The translations under genes and the position numbers were made by a program. The notes below the pieces were generated by a model. The model saw only the letters and a program-made list of their open reading frames with translations. It had not been told where the DNA came from and made no database searches. 27,431 nt of DNA, from IMG/VR virus record IMGVR_UViG_3300024186_000013, positions 1 through 27,431 of that record, one strand, 5' to 3'. Within the stretch, counting starts at the first letter, position 1. Each line of letters opens with the position of its first letter. This document shows, piece after piece, positions 1-8,128 of the stretch. The DNA comes from a virus. Lineage: Duplodnaviria; Caudoviricetes.

Positions 1-5
1 GGGAT

Positions 6-81
6 GCCTCGGTAGCTCAATTGGCAGAGCAGTTGACTCTTAATCAATTGGTTCTAGGTTCAAGTCCTAGCCGGGGCACCA
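6..81 (+). tRNA. tRNA-Lys (anticodon CTT); probable prophage integration site
   Basis: Cloverleaf: acceptor GCCTCGG/CCGGGGC, D arm GCTC..GAGC, anticodon arm GTTGA-CTCTTAA-TCAAT (CTT at 39-41), T arm CTAGG-TTCAAGT-CCTAG, discriminator A plus encoded CCA; 76 nt. Confidence 0.97.
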
Positions 82-194
82 TTCCTCAACGAGCTTCAAA
101 TCAAGGGGAAAGCTGCTGCAGCGCTGGAAATCTGGGCTTCTGCAGGGCCTGCGAATCAGTTTTTAATTGAATCACGTGAATCGTTTGAAATGTT

Positions 195-222
195 TTGACA
201 TGGTTTACGAAACTCGTAACCT
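195..222 (+). promoter_or_regulatory. Putative sigma70 promoter of integrase
   Basis: TTGACA (195-200), 16-nt spacer, TAACCT (217-222), upstream of ATG at 274. Confidence 0.5.
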
Positions 223-257
223 GCACCTTATGCCACTCGGCAAACTGCACCTAACGC
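218..257 (+). repeat. Direct repeat pair, candidate integrase arm-type sites
   Basis: AACCTGCACCTTATGC (218-233) and AAACTGCACCTAACGC (242-257) between tRNA and integrase. Confidence 0.5.
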
Positions 258-273
258 AATAACTCAATGAACT

Positions 274-1617
274 ATGAAAACAGTCAATGATACCAAAGCA
301 AAGCTACCTGCCGCTTATTTCGAATTCGAGGGGAAGGAATATCGAATCTTTAAACGGGAGGAGGAGCGGTCGGCTCCCTGGTATTTGTATTTTGAATTTC
401 AGAAGGAGCGGATCAAGCGGTGTCTGGCGTCGAATGTCCAGGAGACGGCGATCGACGCAGCGAAGAAGATCATCACGGCGGTGAAGCGCGGCAACTGGGA
501 GGCGCTGGAGGAAACAAAGTTGAGGAGCAAGCCGGATCCGGACGCGGCGCCACGATCGAGCACGATCGGGCAAGTGATCGCAGCCTACGACGCCGCTGCG
601 CTGGATATGCAGGACGGCAGCAAGCGCGGGAATGTGAATTGTCTGCGGAACTGTTTGCGACGGGTAACTGGAAAGGAAGCGGATGAGGAGATCGACGCGC
701 TGTCGTGCGACCTGCTGGCCGATGGGGATTTTGCCCGCCAATATTTCCGGTACGCGCTGGCACGGGCAAAGGCCAAGCAGGCAGAGGCTGAAGCGAAGGG
801 CGCCACGAACGGACAGCAGCTCGCGGCGCGGGTGAAACGGTCCGCAAATTCGATGTTGAACCAGGCCAAGTCAGTGTTCCGGCCGAAGTGTATGGCAATT
901 TATCGGCAGGCGGGCTTGGTGTTGCCGGACTTGTCGAAGTTTCATGAAGGATATAAGGAGGAAAAGTTCGAGAAGGTCAACAAGGCGCAGTTCAATCCGC
1001 CCGGCGATGCGGTGATCGATGCGACGATCGCGGCGTGGAAGGAGCTCACGGATCGGAATATGTTTCTGGCGATCGGGCATGAGCTGGCATTTGGCGAGCG
1101 GAAGAGCGAGATGGGGCAAACGCGATGGAGCTGGTGGACGAGTCTGGAAGGGCAACCGTTTCTGGACGGGACGGCCGACGTGAAGAATACGCTGGGCGAT
1201 ATCCAGGTGCGAGCGCTGGATCCCTACTACACGATTATGGCCGCGCGGATTGAGAAGGAGGGATGGCGAGGCGCGCCCACTGATTATGTGCTGAGCGGCA
1301 CGGAGACGGAACGGACGGAGGATGTGTTCCGGAGGATCTCAGACTGGTTGCGCGGGCTGGGCTGGCAGACGCAGAAGACGAACCATGCGTTGCGCGCGTA
1401 CGCCGGCAGCCAGGTGGCGATGCGGTACAAGATTTATGCGGCGTCGGTGTGGCTGCGGCATTCGAGTGTGAAGGTGACGGAGAGTCATTACACGTATTTC
1501 ATCACGAAGCATCGGGTGGAAGATCCGACGAAGCTGGCCGCGCGGTGGGCCCAGCTCGCGCCGGAACTTGTTAAACCAGCGAACATCATCCAGCTTCGAA
1601 TCGCGAACTCTTTATGA
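274..1617 (+). CDS. int: Tyrosine recombinase / phage integrase
   Basis: 447 aa; catalytic pattern R (GERKSE), K, HxLR (HALR), LRHSS, Y (ESHY); adjacent to tRNA. Confidence 0.9.
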   Translation: MKTVNDTKAKLPAAYFEFEGKEYRIFKREEERSAPWYLYFEFQKERIKRCLASNVQETAIDAAKKIITAVKRGNWEALEETKLRSKPDPDAAPRSSTIGQVIAAYDAAALDMQDGSKRGNVNCLRNCLRRVTGKEADEEIDALSCDLLADGDFARQYFRYALARAKAKQAEAEAKGATNGQQLAARVKRSANSMLNQAKSVFRPKCMAIYRQAGLVLPDLSKFHEGYKEEKFEKVNKAQFNPPGDAVIDATIAAWKELTDRNMFLAIGHELAFGERKSEMGQTRWSWWTSLEGQPFLDGTADVKNTLGDIQVRALDPYYTIMAARIEKEGWRGAPTDYVLSGTETERTEDVFRRISDWLRGLGWQTQKTNHALRAYAGSQVAMRYKIYAASVWLRHSSVKVTESHYTYFITKHRVEDPTKLAARWAQLAPELVKPANIIQLRIANSL

Positions 1618-1790
1618 AAACACGCAAGCCTGCCGCCTCGGTTATCCTGGGAAGTTACTTGAATCAGCGCAAACGTCTCCGGGCGCGAATGGCCTGGCTC
1701 GACGGGGAAATAGCCCATTTTCGAAAAGTTTACAAGAAAGCCAAGCCAACGAAGAAGGATTGGGATCGTCCGCCAGCACCGGAGATTTGA
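1614..1790 (+). CDS. Small basic hypothetical protein (58 aa, not in ORF track)
   Basis: ATGA overlap with integrase stop; MKTRKPAASVILGSYLNQRKRLRARMAWLDGEIAHFRKVYKKAKPTKKDWDRPPAPEI*. Confidence 0.5.
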   Translation: MKTRKPAASVILGSYLNQRKRLRARMAWLDGEIAHFRKVYKKAKPTKKDWDRPPAPEI

Positions 1791-1907
1791 GAAAGGCGAA
1801 AAAGTGTGTCAAGGGATATTTTTGGCGACACGGGATCAATGGCTTACATGCGCACAGTGCTGTGTTTTGGCACAGTTCGAAAAGTGGGCATGGTAAAATG
1901 GTGGCCT

Positions 1908-2156
1908 ATGGTAGAAATCTCAAAACCGATTCAACGCCGGACGCGAATGCCGTTCGGACATTACAAACGGAAGATCGTGGTGGCGCTGTTGCCTGGCGAC
2001 GTGCTGAGCATGCGACTGGAGCGGACGCCCGCGCGGCTGGCCTACACCGCCGAGATCGATGATGTGTTCCGGACGCTCGCCCAATGGCACGCCGCAGCGG
2101 AAGTGCGCCGCCGGCGAGAGGCGCGGAAACAGAAGCGGCTGACGGAGATCAGCTAG
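1908..2156 (+). CDS. Hypothetical phage protein (82 aa)
   Basis: MVEISKPIQRRTR...; phage-like codon usage; extended -10-like TGGTAAAAT just upstream; start uncertain. Confidence 0.6.
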   Translation: MVEISKPIQRRTRMPFGHYKRKIVVALLPGDVLSMRLERTPARLAYTAEIDDVFRTLAQWHAAAEVRRRREARKQKRLTEIS

Positions 2157-2167
2157 TTGAAACGTTT

Positions 2168-2521
2168 CTATTTGGCAGGATCGGGCCGGAAGTCGATCGC
2201 ACCTTTGGCCGGCGCTTCGGCGCGCTTACGCGCCTCAGCGATTGCCTGGCCGGCATCATCATGAACTGGAAGCCAGCCGCTCACCTTGGAAACGTGGCGA
2301 TCATCGAAATGAATGGGACCGTGGAGGAGCATCCAAGTCTGGCCTGTGCGGGTATCGATCTTGAGGATCACATGTTCGTCCTGGGAATCGGTGCGAGTGA
2401 CGGTGCCGGTGTGGATCCCGAATCGGCCGGAGGGAGAAGGCGCCTCAGGATCGGCGGTCTTCTCGGCCGCACCGAGCAAGCTGCAAAGAACCAACGGGAC
2501 TAGAAGCGCGGGAGATTTCAC
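2168..2521 (-). CDS. Small secreted/exported protein
   Basis: N-terminal signal-peptide-like MKSPALLVPLVLCSLLGAAE; start overlaps stop of the upstream minus-strand regulator. Confidence 0.7.
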   Translation of the reverse strand: MKSPALLVPLVLCSLLGAAEKTADPEAPSPSGRFGIHTGTVTRTDSQDEHVILKIDTRTGQTWMLLHGPIHFDDRHVSKVSGWLPVHDDAGQAIAEARKRAEAPAKGAIDFRPDPAK

Positions 2522-2745
2522 GCGGGCTGCTTTTTCTTACGGAGGAAGGCGGTATCGGCTTTTCTGCTGTAGGACGCGGGTTTTTCTTCGAGCTTGTGGG
2601 CTTTGTCGGCTTCAACGGCGTCGATGCCATTCTCGACGCATTGTTCGATCACCTGGGCGATGGATCGGCGATCGACCTGAGCAATGCGCAGGACGCGCGC
2701 GAACAATTCTTCTTCCAAACTGGTACTAGCGGGCTTTTTGGCCAT
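2518..2745 (-). CDS. Ribbon-helix-helix (Arc/CopG-like) regulator, probable prophage repressor
   Basis: MAKKPASTSLEEELFARVLRIAQVDRRSIAQVIEQCV fits the beta-strand/helix/helix RHH pattern; divergent from the early operon. Confidence 0.7.
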   Translation of the reverse strand: MAKKPASTSLEEELFARVLRIAQVDRRSIAQVIEQCVENGIDAVEADKAHKLEEKPASYSRKADTAFLRKKKQPA

Positions 2746-2852
2746 ACAAAACGCCCAATAAGTAGGCAAATGTTCCAATTAAAGTCAACGGAATACTTTT
2801 TCTAAAGAATCTGTTGACAGTGCCGATTGAATCAATTAGATCGAGTGAAGTA
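2746..2852. promoter_or_regulatory. AT-rich divergent promoter/operator region of the lysis-lysogeny switch
   Basis: TTGACA on + (2814-2819), TTGACT on - (2783-2788), inverted repeat ATTGA-A-TCAAT (2826-2836); -10 boxes are weak. Confidence 0.55.
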
Positions 2853-3050
2853 ATGAAAGTGAGTGTTTCAACGAGCCTCGAGGATGAGGTGGTAGCGCGG
2901 GTGCGGCGGCTCGCCAAGGAGGAGTTAACGAGCGACGCAGCAATTATCCGGCGCTGTGTGGTGAGGCATTTGCCGGAATTGGAGCGGGAGGTGTTGGGCG
3001 CGGGGTTCGCTGCGGAGCCGGAACCTGCGAAGGAGGCGGTGAATGGCTAA
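2853..3050 (+). CDS. Ribbon-helix-helix regulator, Cro-like position
   Basis: MKVSVSTSLEDEVVARVRRLAKEELTSDAAIIRRCV; first gene of the rightward operon. Confidence 0.7.
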   Translation: MKVSVSTSLEDEVVARVRRLAKEELTSDAAIIRRCVVRHLPELEREVLGAGFAAEPEPAKEAVNG

Positions 3051-3402
3051 GGTGCAACCAGCGTGCGTGACGGTGTGGCCCTGGCTCAGGGAGAATCTGG
3101 GCAAGGGATGCACGGCCGCGTTGACAGGAACGGACGCGAAGGCGCTGTCGGCAGCGGTGCAGATCGTGGAGTTGTATGCGTACGATTCGGAGCCGTCGAT
3201 CGGGCTGGCTTTCGGCCGTGTGGTTTCGCGAATGCAGCCGAGCACGCGGGAGCTGGCGTATCACGCGATCGCGCATGTGATGGATTGGAGCGATCGGGAA
3301 CGGTTGTGGAATTTGGCCGGGTTGCCGGGGTTGCTGAAGGTGCGCCGCTGCACCTGGGAGCCGAAGCCAGTGGATGAGATTTTGGGGGTGGACGCGTGCT
3401 GA
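3043..3402 (+). CDS. Hypothetical phage protein
   Basis: SD GGAGG upstream; overlaps neighbours. Confidence 0.65.
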   Translation: MAKVQPACVTVWPWLRENLGKGCTAALTGTDAKALSAAVQIVELYAYDSEPSIGLAFGRVVSRMQPSTRELAYHAIAHVMDWSDRERLWNLAGLPGLLKVRRCTWEPKPVDEILGVDAC

Positions 3403-3650
3403 CGAAGGGAGAGCTGGTGGCGATCGAAGGATTTTACGGCCGTGAGGGGGAAACGCGGCCGCCGTTGGTGTCGAGTGAGGCGGCACGCGGGTTTTATGAG
3501 GGGTGGAATGAGGCGGATCGGTGGACGCGGGAAGGATTCGGGTATTGGCTGGCCTCTTATGTGGATCTGCCGGCGACGAATAACGAGACGGTGAACGCAC
3601 GCGAGGTGCTGGAGGCGTGCAAGCGATTTTTGGAGGGGAACAAGGAATGA
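3396..3650 (+). CDS. Hypothetical phage protein
   Basis: GTG start overlapping previous gene; coupled to next gene by ATGA. Confidence 0.6.
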   Translation: MLTKGELVAIEGFYGREGETRPPLVSSEAARGFYEGWNEADRWTREGFGYWLASYVDLPATNNETVNAREVLEACKRFLEGNKE

Positions 3651-3919
3651 AGACTCTGCAGGAAGAATGGAACGGGTATCTGCAGGCGTGTTATCCGGAC
3701 CCCCGGATGCCAGCTGATCAGGCACGGCAGTTGACGCAAGCGTTCTTCGCAGGGGCGCTGGTGGCGTTGAAGCTGGTGGTCGAATATTCAGCCACGCTGC
3801 CGGAGGCCGAGGCCGAGCTGCAGGTCGGGAATGTTATCCGGGAAGTGAAGGCGCGGTGCCAGCAGTTTGTCAACGAGAACCGAGCAGGCACACGAACGGG
3901 AACGGGAGCCGGAACATGA
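3647..3919 (+). CDS. Hypothetical phage protein
   Basis: ATGA overlap; MKTLQEEWNGYLQACYP...QAFFAGA, a small helical phage-type protein. Confidence 0.7.
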   Translation: MKTLQEEWNGYLQACYPDPRMPADQARQLTQAFFAGALVALKLVVEYSATLPEAEAELQVGNVIREVKARCQQFVNENRAGTRTGTGAGT

Positions 3920-3951
3920 AACCGTTCTCTTTTTTTTGCCCTGCAAAGGTA

Positions 3952-3984
3952 GGTCTCCACCCCATGTCACCTGGGGTGGAGACC
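3952..3984. repeat. Perfect 13-bp hairpin
   Basis: GGTCTCCACCCCA-TGTCACC-TGGGGTGGAGACC. Confidence 0.8.
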
Positions 3985-4571
3985 CCAGAGGGGAAAGACA
4001 CCAGTAATCAGAAGGCAGTAATCAGTAACCAGGATTATACCAAGAGCGAGGTGAACCGGTCAGCCACGTTGGCGCCAGTAGGCAAAGCCGGTGAGCCGCC
4101 CAAAGGACTGGGCACGGGCGGTTATAAGCCACTGATGCGAAACCGAAGCGGCCAGGACGTGCCTCCCGCGAATGGTATTGGCGCCAATTCAATTTTGTCC
4201 GGCGAGGTGGTGTCTCGCAAAGTAAGTGATCACCGTTCGGGTTCGCGGCCGTTGGGCCGTGAGCGCGTGAAGTCGGGCATCAGCAGTCTGGTCGGGTTTT
4301 TCAGCCGCCTCCTTCAGGCGCACCTCCTTGGCCCCGCCAGGCTGCTTTTTGGTTTTGGGCGGCGCCGGGCTGGAAGTGATGAGCCGGCATCGGCGTCGCC
4401 CATTCTGCCGGGATCCACTAACGCGCCGGTCCGGGAGGCCGGCGCGCTCTTCTGCCCGGTTTGTTTCTGGTGTGTGGTGGAGCAGCAAGGACGTTTGCCG
4501 GCCGGGATTGTGACGTTGAGTGATTGTCCGCGGCATCGGTCGACGGAGGGAAGGGCGAAGGTGCACGGGTT

Positions 4572-4814
4572 ATGACGCTTTGGGACAGCCTGAAGGTCGA
4601 GCTACTGGTGGTGGCAGCACTGGGATATGCGGCATTGCTCCTGGTTCTGATGGTGTTGATTTTCGTCGGCGCCGTACTCGGCGAGATGGTTTTTGTGGTT
4701 TTCCTGGGCGCGAAGGCGCTGGCCTGGCCCGTGATCCTCCTTTCACGGCACAGAGCGAAGCAACCGCGCCCGAGGAAGGTGTTTCGAGAAGGAATCAGCC
4801 AGTCATTGTTCTAA
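4572..4814 (+). CDS. Small membrane protein
   Basis: Long hydrophobic stretch (about 2 TM segments) followed by a basic tail. Confidence 0.6.
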   Translation: MTLWDSLKVELLVVAALGYAALLLVLMVLIFVGAVLGEMVFVVFLGAKALAWPVILLSRHRAKQPRPRKVFREGISQSLF

Positions 4815-5222
4815 ATGTTAACGAGCACGGATGCTGCCCGCCGAGTGATGGTCCGCACGGATGTGGATCTGTTTGAGGAGGAGTTTTCGCTGCCATCGCC
4901 CAAGCCGCTGGGGCATTTCATCACGCCGATTCACGATCGCGAGTATGCGCTGGTGAGCAAGCGGGCCGGAGTAATCGGTTATTTCCCGTGCATCGACCTG
5001 GCGCTGCCGCTGATGCGGATGCTTTATCGGAATCGGGTGCGGCCGTGTGGGCCTGGGGACGTGATACGGAACCCGTCCGCGGTAATGGGCGAGCGTGAGC
5101 CTGGAGGTTTGGATTTCAGGCTCTACCTGTACGATCGCCAAGCGTGTTGCTGGATGGCGGCGATCTGCCAGCTGGAGTTGCCCACGCCGGAAGCACCGAA
5201 GGAGGAAACGTGTCCGGAGTAG
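4815..5222 (+). CDS. Hypothetical phage protein
   Basis: Abuts the previous stop; 135 aa. Confidence 0.55.
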   Translation: MLTSTDAARRVMVRTDVDLFEEEFSLPSPKPLGHFITPIHDREYALVSKRAGVIGYFPCIDLALPLMRMLYRNRVRPCGPGDVIRNPSAVMGEREPGGLDFRLYLYDRQACCWMAAICQLELPTPEAPKEETCPE

Positions 5223-5422
5223 TGGAGGCGTATTACACGCCGGCGCAGCTCGCGACGCTGCTGAACTTCACGACGCAATGGGTCGTGAAGATGATTCTGG
5301 CGGGCGAGTTCGGGCCGAACTGCGTGCGGATCGGGAGCAAGCGAGCGGATTATCGGGTGCCAGCCAGCGGCGTGAATGCCTGGCTGACGCGTAATCGGGT
5401 GATTGTGGACCTGACCAGGTGA
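5210..5422 (+). CDS. Excisionase-like / MerR-type HTH DNA-binding protein
   Basis: SD GGAGG then GTG; YYTPAQLATLLNFTTQWVVKMI...GEF...RIG...YRVPASGVNAWL resembles the HTH_17/Xis pattern. Confidence 0.75.
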   Translation: MSGVVEAYYTPAQLATLLNFTTQWVVKMILAGEFGPNCVRIGSKRADYRVPASGVNAWLTRNRVIVDLTR

Positions 5423-5489
5423 AACCGATCACGGCGAGGTCCCCAGGCGAGTTGAGGAGGAAGTCGAAACGTTTCAACGAACCGAGCTG

Positions 5490-6203
5490 ATGCCAAGGAA
5501 AGCCAAAGCCGTTCAGGTCGCCGAGGTCGCGCAGCCGGCCCTTTTTGAGGATTTTTCGGAGCAACCGGAGTTGATCGCGGCCGCGGCGGTTTATACGCCG
5601 AATGGTAAAACGACCTGCAAGAATGAAGAAAGGGCGTTTGCGATCGTGGAGGATCTGATTCGTGGTGTCTCGCAACGCAAAGTGGCGAAGCGTCACGTCG
5701 TCGGCAGAGGCACGCTGGCTGGAATCGTCGAGCAGTTGGAGCGACAGGGAAAACTGAAGCCACTTAAACAAAGGCTGGTCGGGAAGTTCGGGCAGTTCGT
5801 AGAGCACGGCATCGACGCGATGAACGAGGCGATGGTGGACGGAACGTTTCCGATTACGCACGCCGGGCTGGCGGTGGCTCAGATCACGGACAAGCTGTTG
5901 CTGTTGCAGGGTGATCCCACGGTGATCGTCGGCACGGTCGATCACGGTCCCACGACAGAGCAGTTGAATGCCTGGCTGCAGGCGATTCCCGTCGAGGTCT
6001 CAGGACCGGTTGAGCTGCCGGAGATTTCGCTAAATAAGGGGAACGCACCTGGGAACGCGAACGGACCTGTGCTTGTGGGACCTGGGAACGGGGTTTTGGA
6101 CGGGCAGCGCGCGCTTCCGCCGGTCGGGCCTGGGCCTGTGATCGACGTGCCAGCTGATGGTCAATCAACGGGTTCGGAGGCGGAAAAGGGGGAAAACGCA
6201 TGA
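5490..6203 (+). CDS. HTH protein, possibly terminase small subunit
   Basis: HTH (GVSQRKVAKRHVVGRGTL), helical middle and DKLLLLQGDPT motif reminiscent of TerS-like proteins; low-complexity tail. Confidence 0.5.
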   Translation: MPRKAKAVQVAEVAQPALFEDFSEQPELIAAAAVYTPNGKTTCKNEERAFAIVEDLIRGVSQRKVAKRHVVGRGTLAGIVEQLERQGKLKPLKQRLVGKFGQFVEHGIDAMNEAMVDGTFPITHAGLAVAQITDKLLLLQGDPTVIVGTVDHGPTTEQLNAWLQAIPVEVSGPVELPEISLNKGNAPGNANGPVLVGPGNGVLDGQRALPPVGPGPVIDVPADGQSTGSEAEKGENA

Positions 6204-6321
6204 TTTGGGGGCGCAAGGTGCAGTTGGAGGGCAACCGGGGCGGGGGGGATCGCCGTTTTGAGCCGGGCGGCCGGGTCGAGTCCGGTCTGCTCAGATTCAG
6301 TTTTCTGCAAATAGGACTTCT

Positions 6322-6957
6322 ATGAGCCTGCCGGAAAAAATCGCGCCACAAATGCCGCCCACGCCGTCAATCGTCGCGCCTGACGAGAATGGCGCAGGGC
6401 CAGATAGCGTAAAAACGCCGCCGCCAAACTTTACGGTCTTCGAAGCGAGCCTGCCGGACGAACTCGGCGTTGCGCGAGACCTGATCCGGGCGATTCGCGC
6501 CCACCAGCTGATCGAAGAGGTCGACTGGATCAAAAAGCACAAAGATATTTTGCTCACGCCAGAGGCCGTCGAAAAAATACGGCGCGCGCTGGCGCTGATT
6601 TCGGCTCCTTCCGGAGCACCGGAGACGGTTGGGAGGGCAACGATAGATCCGCCGCCTGTCGACGCGCCTCTCCACAGTTGCCCAGGGCCGTGTCCGCGTT
6701 GCGAGCACCTCACGAGACGCGAGAACGCAGGCCCGCCGCCAGGGCCGAAGGTGGAAGTGTTCAAGGTTCTCAGGTCGGTGTTTAAGAACACGTTCATGGT
6801 GTCGGCGTTCGATCCGGCCGAGCCGAAGCGGATCGTGTGGGTGCGAGTGAAGGACAACCGGAAATGGGTTCCAGGAATGGAGATCCGCGCGACGCACGTG
6901 CAGAACGACCAATACGTGTTGCACGGGAACAACCCGCGCTGGAGGGGCAAGGCTTAG
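6322..6957 (+). CDS. Hypothetical phage protein
   Basis: 211 aa; stop overlaps the GTG of the replication gene. Confidence 0.6.
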   Translation: MSLPEKIAPQMPPTPSIVAPDENGAGPDSVKTPPPNFTVFEASLPDELGVARDLIRAIRAHQLIEEVDWIKKHKDILLTPEAVEKIRRALALISAPSGAPETVGRATIDPPPVDAPLHSCPGPCPRCEHLTRRENAGPPPGPKVEVFKVLRSVFKNTFMVSAFDPAEPKRIVWVRVKDNRKWVPGMEIRATHVQNDQYVLHGNNPRWRGKA

Positions 6958-7814
6958 TGCGCATCCGGACCGTCAAGCCGGAGTATTGGCCGCACCGAAT
7001 GCATCGGCGCATTTCGGAGCCGGCTGCGTTGCTGGCGCTGGCGCTGCTCAATTATGCCGACGACGAGGGACGGTTCGAAGCCGACAACCAGGAGATTCAC
7101 CGAGTGTTCTTTTCGCGCCGGCCATTGTCGGTGCCGATCGAAACGGCGATGGGCGAGCTGACAAACGTGGGCTGGATCAAGATTTATCGAGCGCGGGTTG
7201 ACGGGGAGATGATCGACGTGGGATGCGTGGTGAATTTCAAGCGGCATCAGCGGGTGGATAAACCGCGAGCGAGCTCGCTGCCTGCCCCGCCTCCCGACTC
7301 GCTCCCGCCGGATTCCAAGAATCTTCCTAGACCGTTCCAAGACGACTCCGAAGAGTGTGAAGGGAACGCTCCCGACCAGCTCCCGCCGAAGGAAGGAAGG
7401 AAGGAAGGGAAGGATAGGAAAGGAAAGAAGGAAGACACACACACTACTTCCGTAGGGGCACCAGAGCCGTCCTTGGATGAGGTGCTGGCTTTCGGACGGT
7501 CGGAAAAGTTTCCGGACGACTGTTGCCAGAAGTTTTTTCACGAAAACAAAGGGCGCGGCACGCTGCGGGAATTGGAGGACTGGAAATCGGCGCTGCGAGG
7601 CTGGGCATTGTCGTGGGGAATCTGGGAGAAAAAAAGTGCCCCGGCGGTGAATGGGCACGCGGTGTTGCCAACGGATGATCCGAGTTGGTGGACGCAGCCG
7701 CTGGAACAGCTGGAGAACGACGCGATGGGAATCGGGGCGTCGGCTGATCCGGAGAATAAAAAAACCGCCGCGCGGATGATCGAGATCGCGGAACTGAGGA
7801 GGCAAAAGCGATGA
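6957..7814 (+). CDS. Phage replication initiator (replisome organizer-like)
   Basis: MRIRTVKPEYW...LLNYADDEGRF...NFKRHQR N-domain, low-complexity linker, C-domain PSLDEV...DWKSALRGW. Confidence 0.8.
   Translation: MRIRTVKPEYWPHRMHRRISEPAALLALALLNYADDEGRFEADNQEIHRVFFSRRPLSVPIETAMGELTNVGWIKIYRARVDGEMIDVGCVVNFKRHQRVDKPRASSLPAPPPDSLPPDSKNLPRPFQDDSEECEGNAPDQLPPKEGRKEGKDRKGKKEDTHTTSVGAPEPSLDEVLAFGRSEKFPDDCCQKFFHENKGRGTLRELEDWKSALRGWALSWGIWEKKSAPAVNGHAVLPTDDPSWWTQPLEQLENDAMGIGASADPENKKTAARMIEIAELRRQKR
7388..7433 (+). repeat. Purine-rich (GAAG)n tract in replication gene linker, possible origin region
   Basis: GAAGGAAGGAAGGAAGGAAGGGAAGGATAGGAAAGGAAAGAAGGAAG. Confidence 0.45.
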
Positions 7815-8128
7815 AATGCCGATTGAAGGGACCGCACAGCGTGGTGTTAGCGTGTTGGAAATACGATCCGACTGCGCCGATCCCGATCTGGGTGGTGCGC
7901 TCGTTTCACAAGCTCGGCTCCGAAGCGAAGTTGGAGGGAATTTCAGCGGTGGATGGATCGATTCAAACAGCGAAGCCGGGGGATTGGATTCTCGGGATCG
8001 ACGAAGAGGGGGGGCCGGTGTACGCGGTCGCAATAACGGCCGAGGAATTCGAGCGCGCGCTGGCGATCCGAATGGGCGCGCTAATCAAGCCCCTGAGGGA
8101 GTTCATCGAGGAAAGGAGCGAGCCATGA
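7811..8128 (+). CDS. Hypothetical phage protein (PGDW/PGDYG-like motif)
   Basis: ATGA overlaps at both ends; motif AKPGDWI...GPVYAV...EEF. Confidence 0.7.
   Translation: MKCRLKGPHSVVLACWKYDPTAPIPIWVVRSFHKLGSEAKLEGISAVDGSIQTAKPGDWILGIDEEGGPVYAVAITAEEFERALAIRMGALIKPLREFIEERSEP

Noticed and set aside
3856-4575. 239-aa ORF as a confident gene
   Set aside because: Low-complexity Ser/Gly/Pro/Arg composition over a hairpin-rich region; treated as probably non-coding, although an ATGA-coupled start at 3916 and a short Cys-rich C-terminal part mean coding is not excluded.
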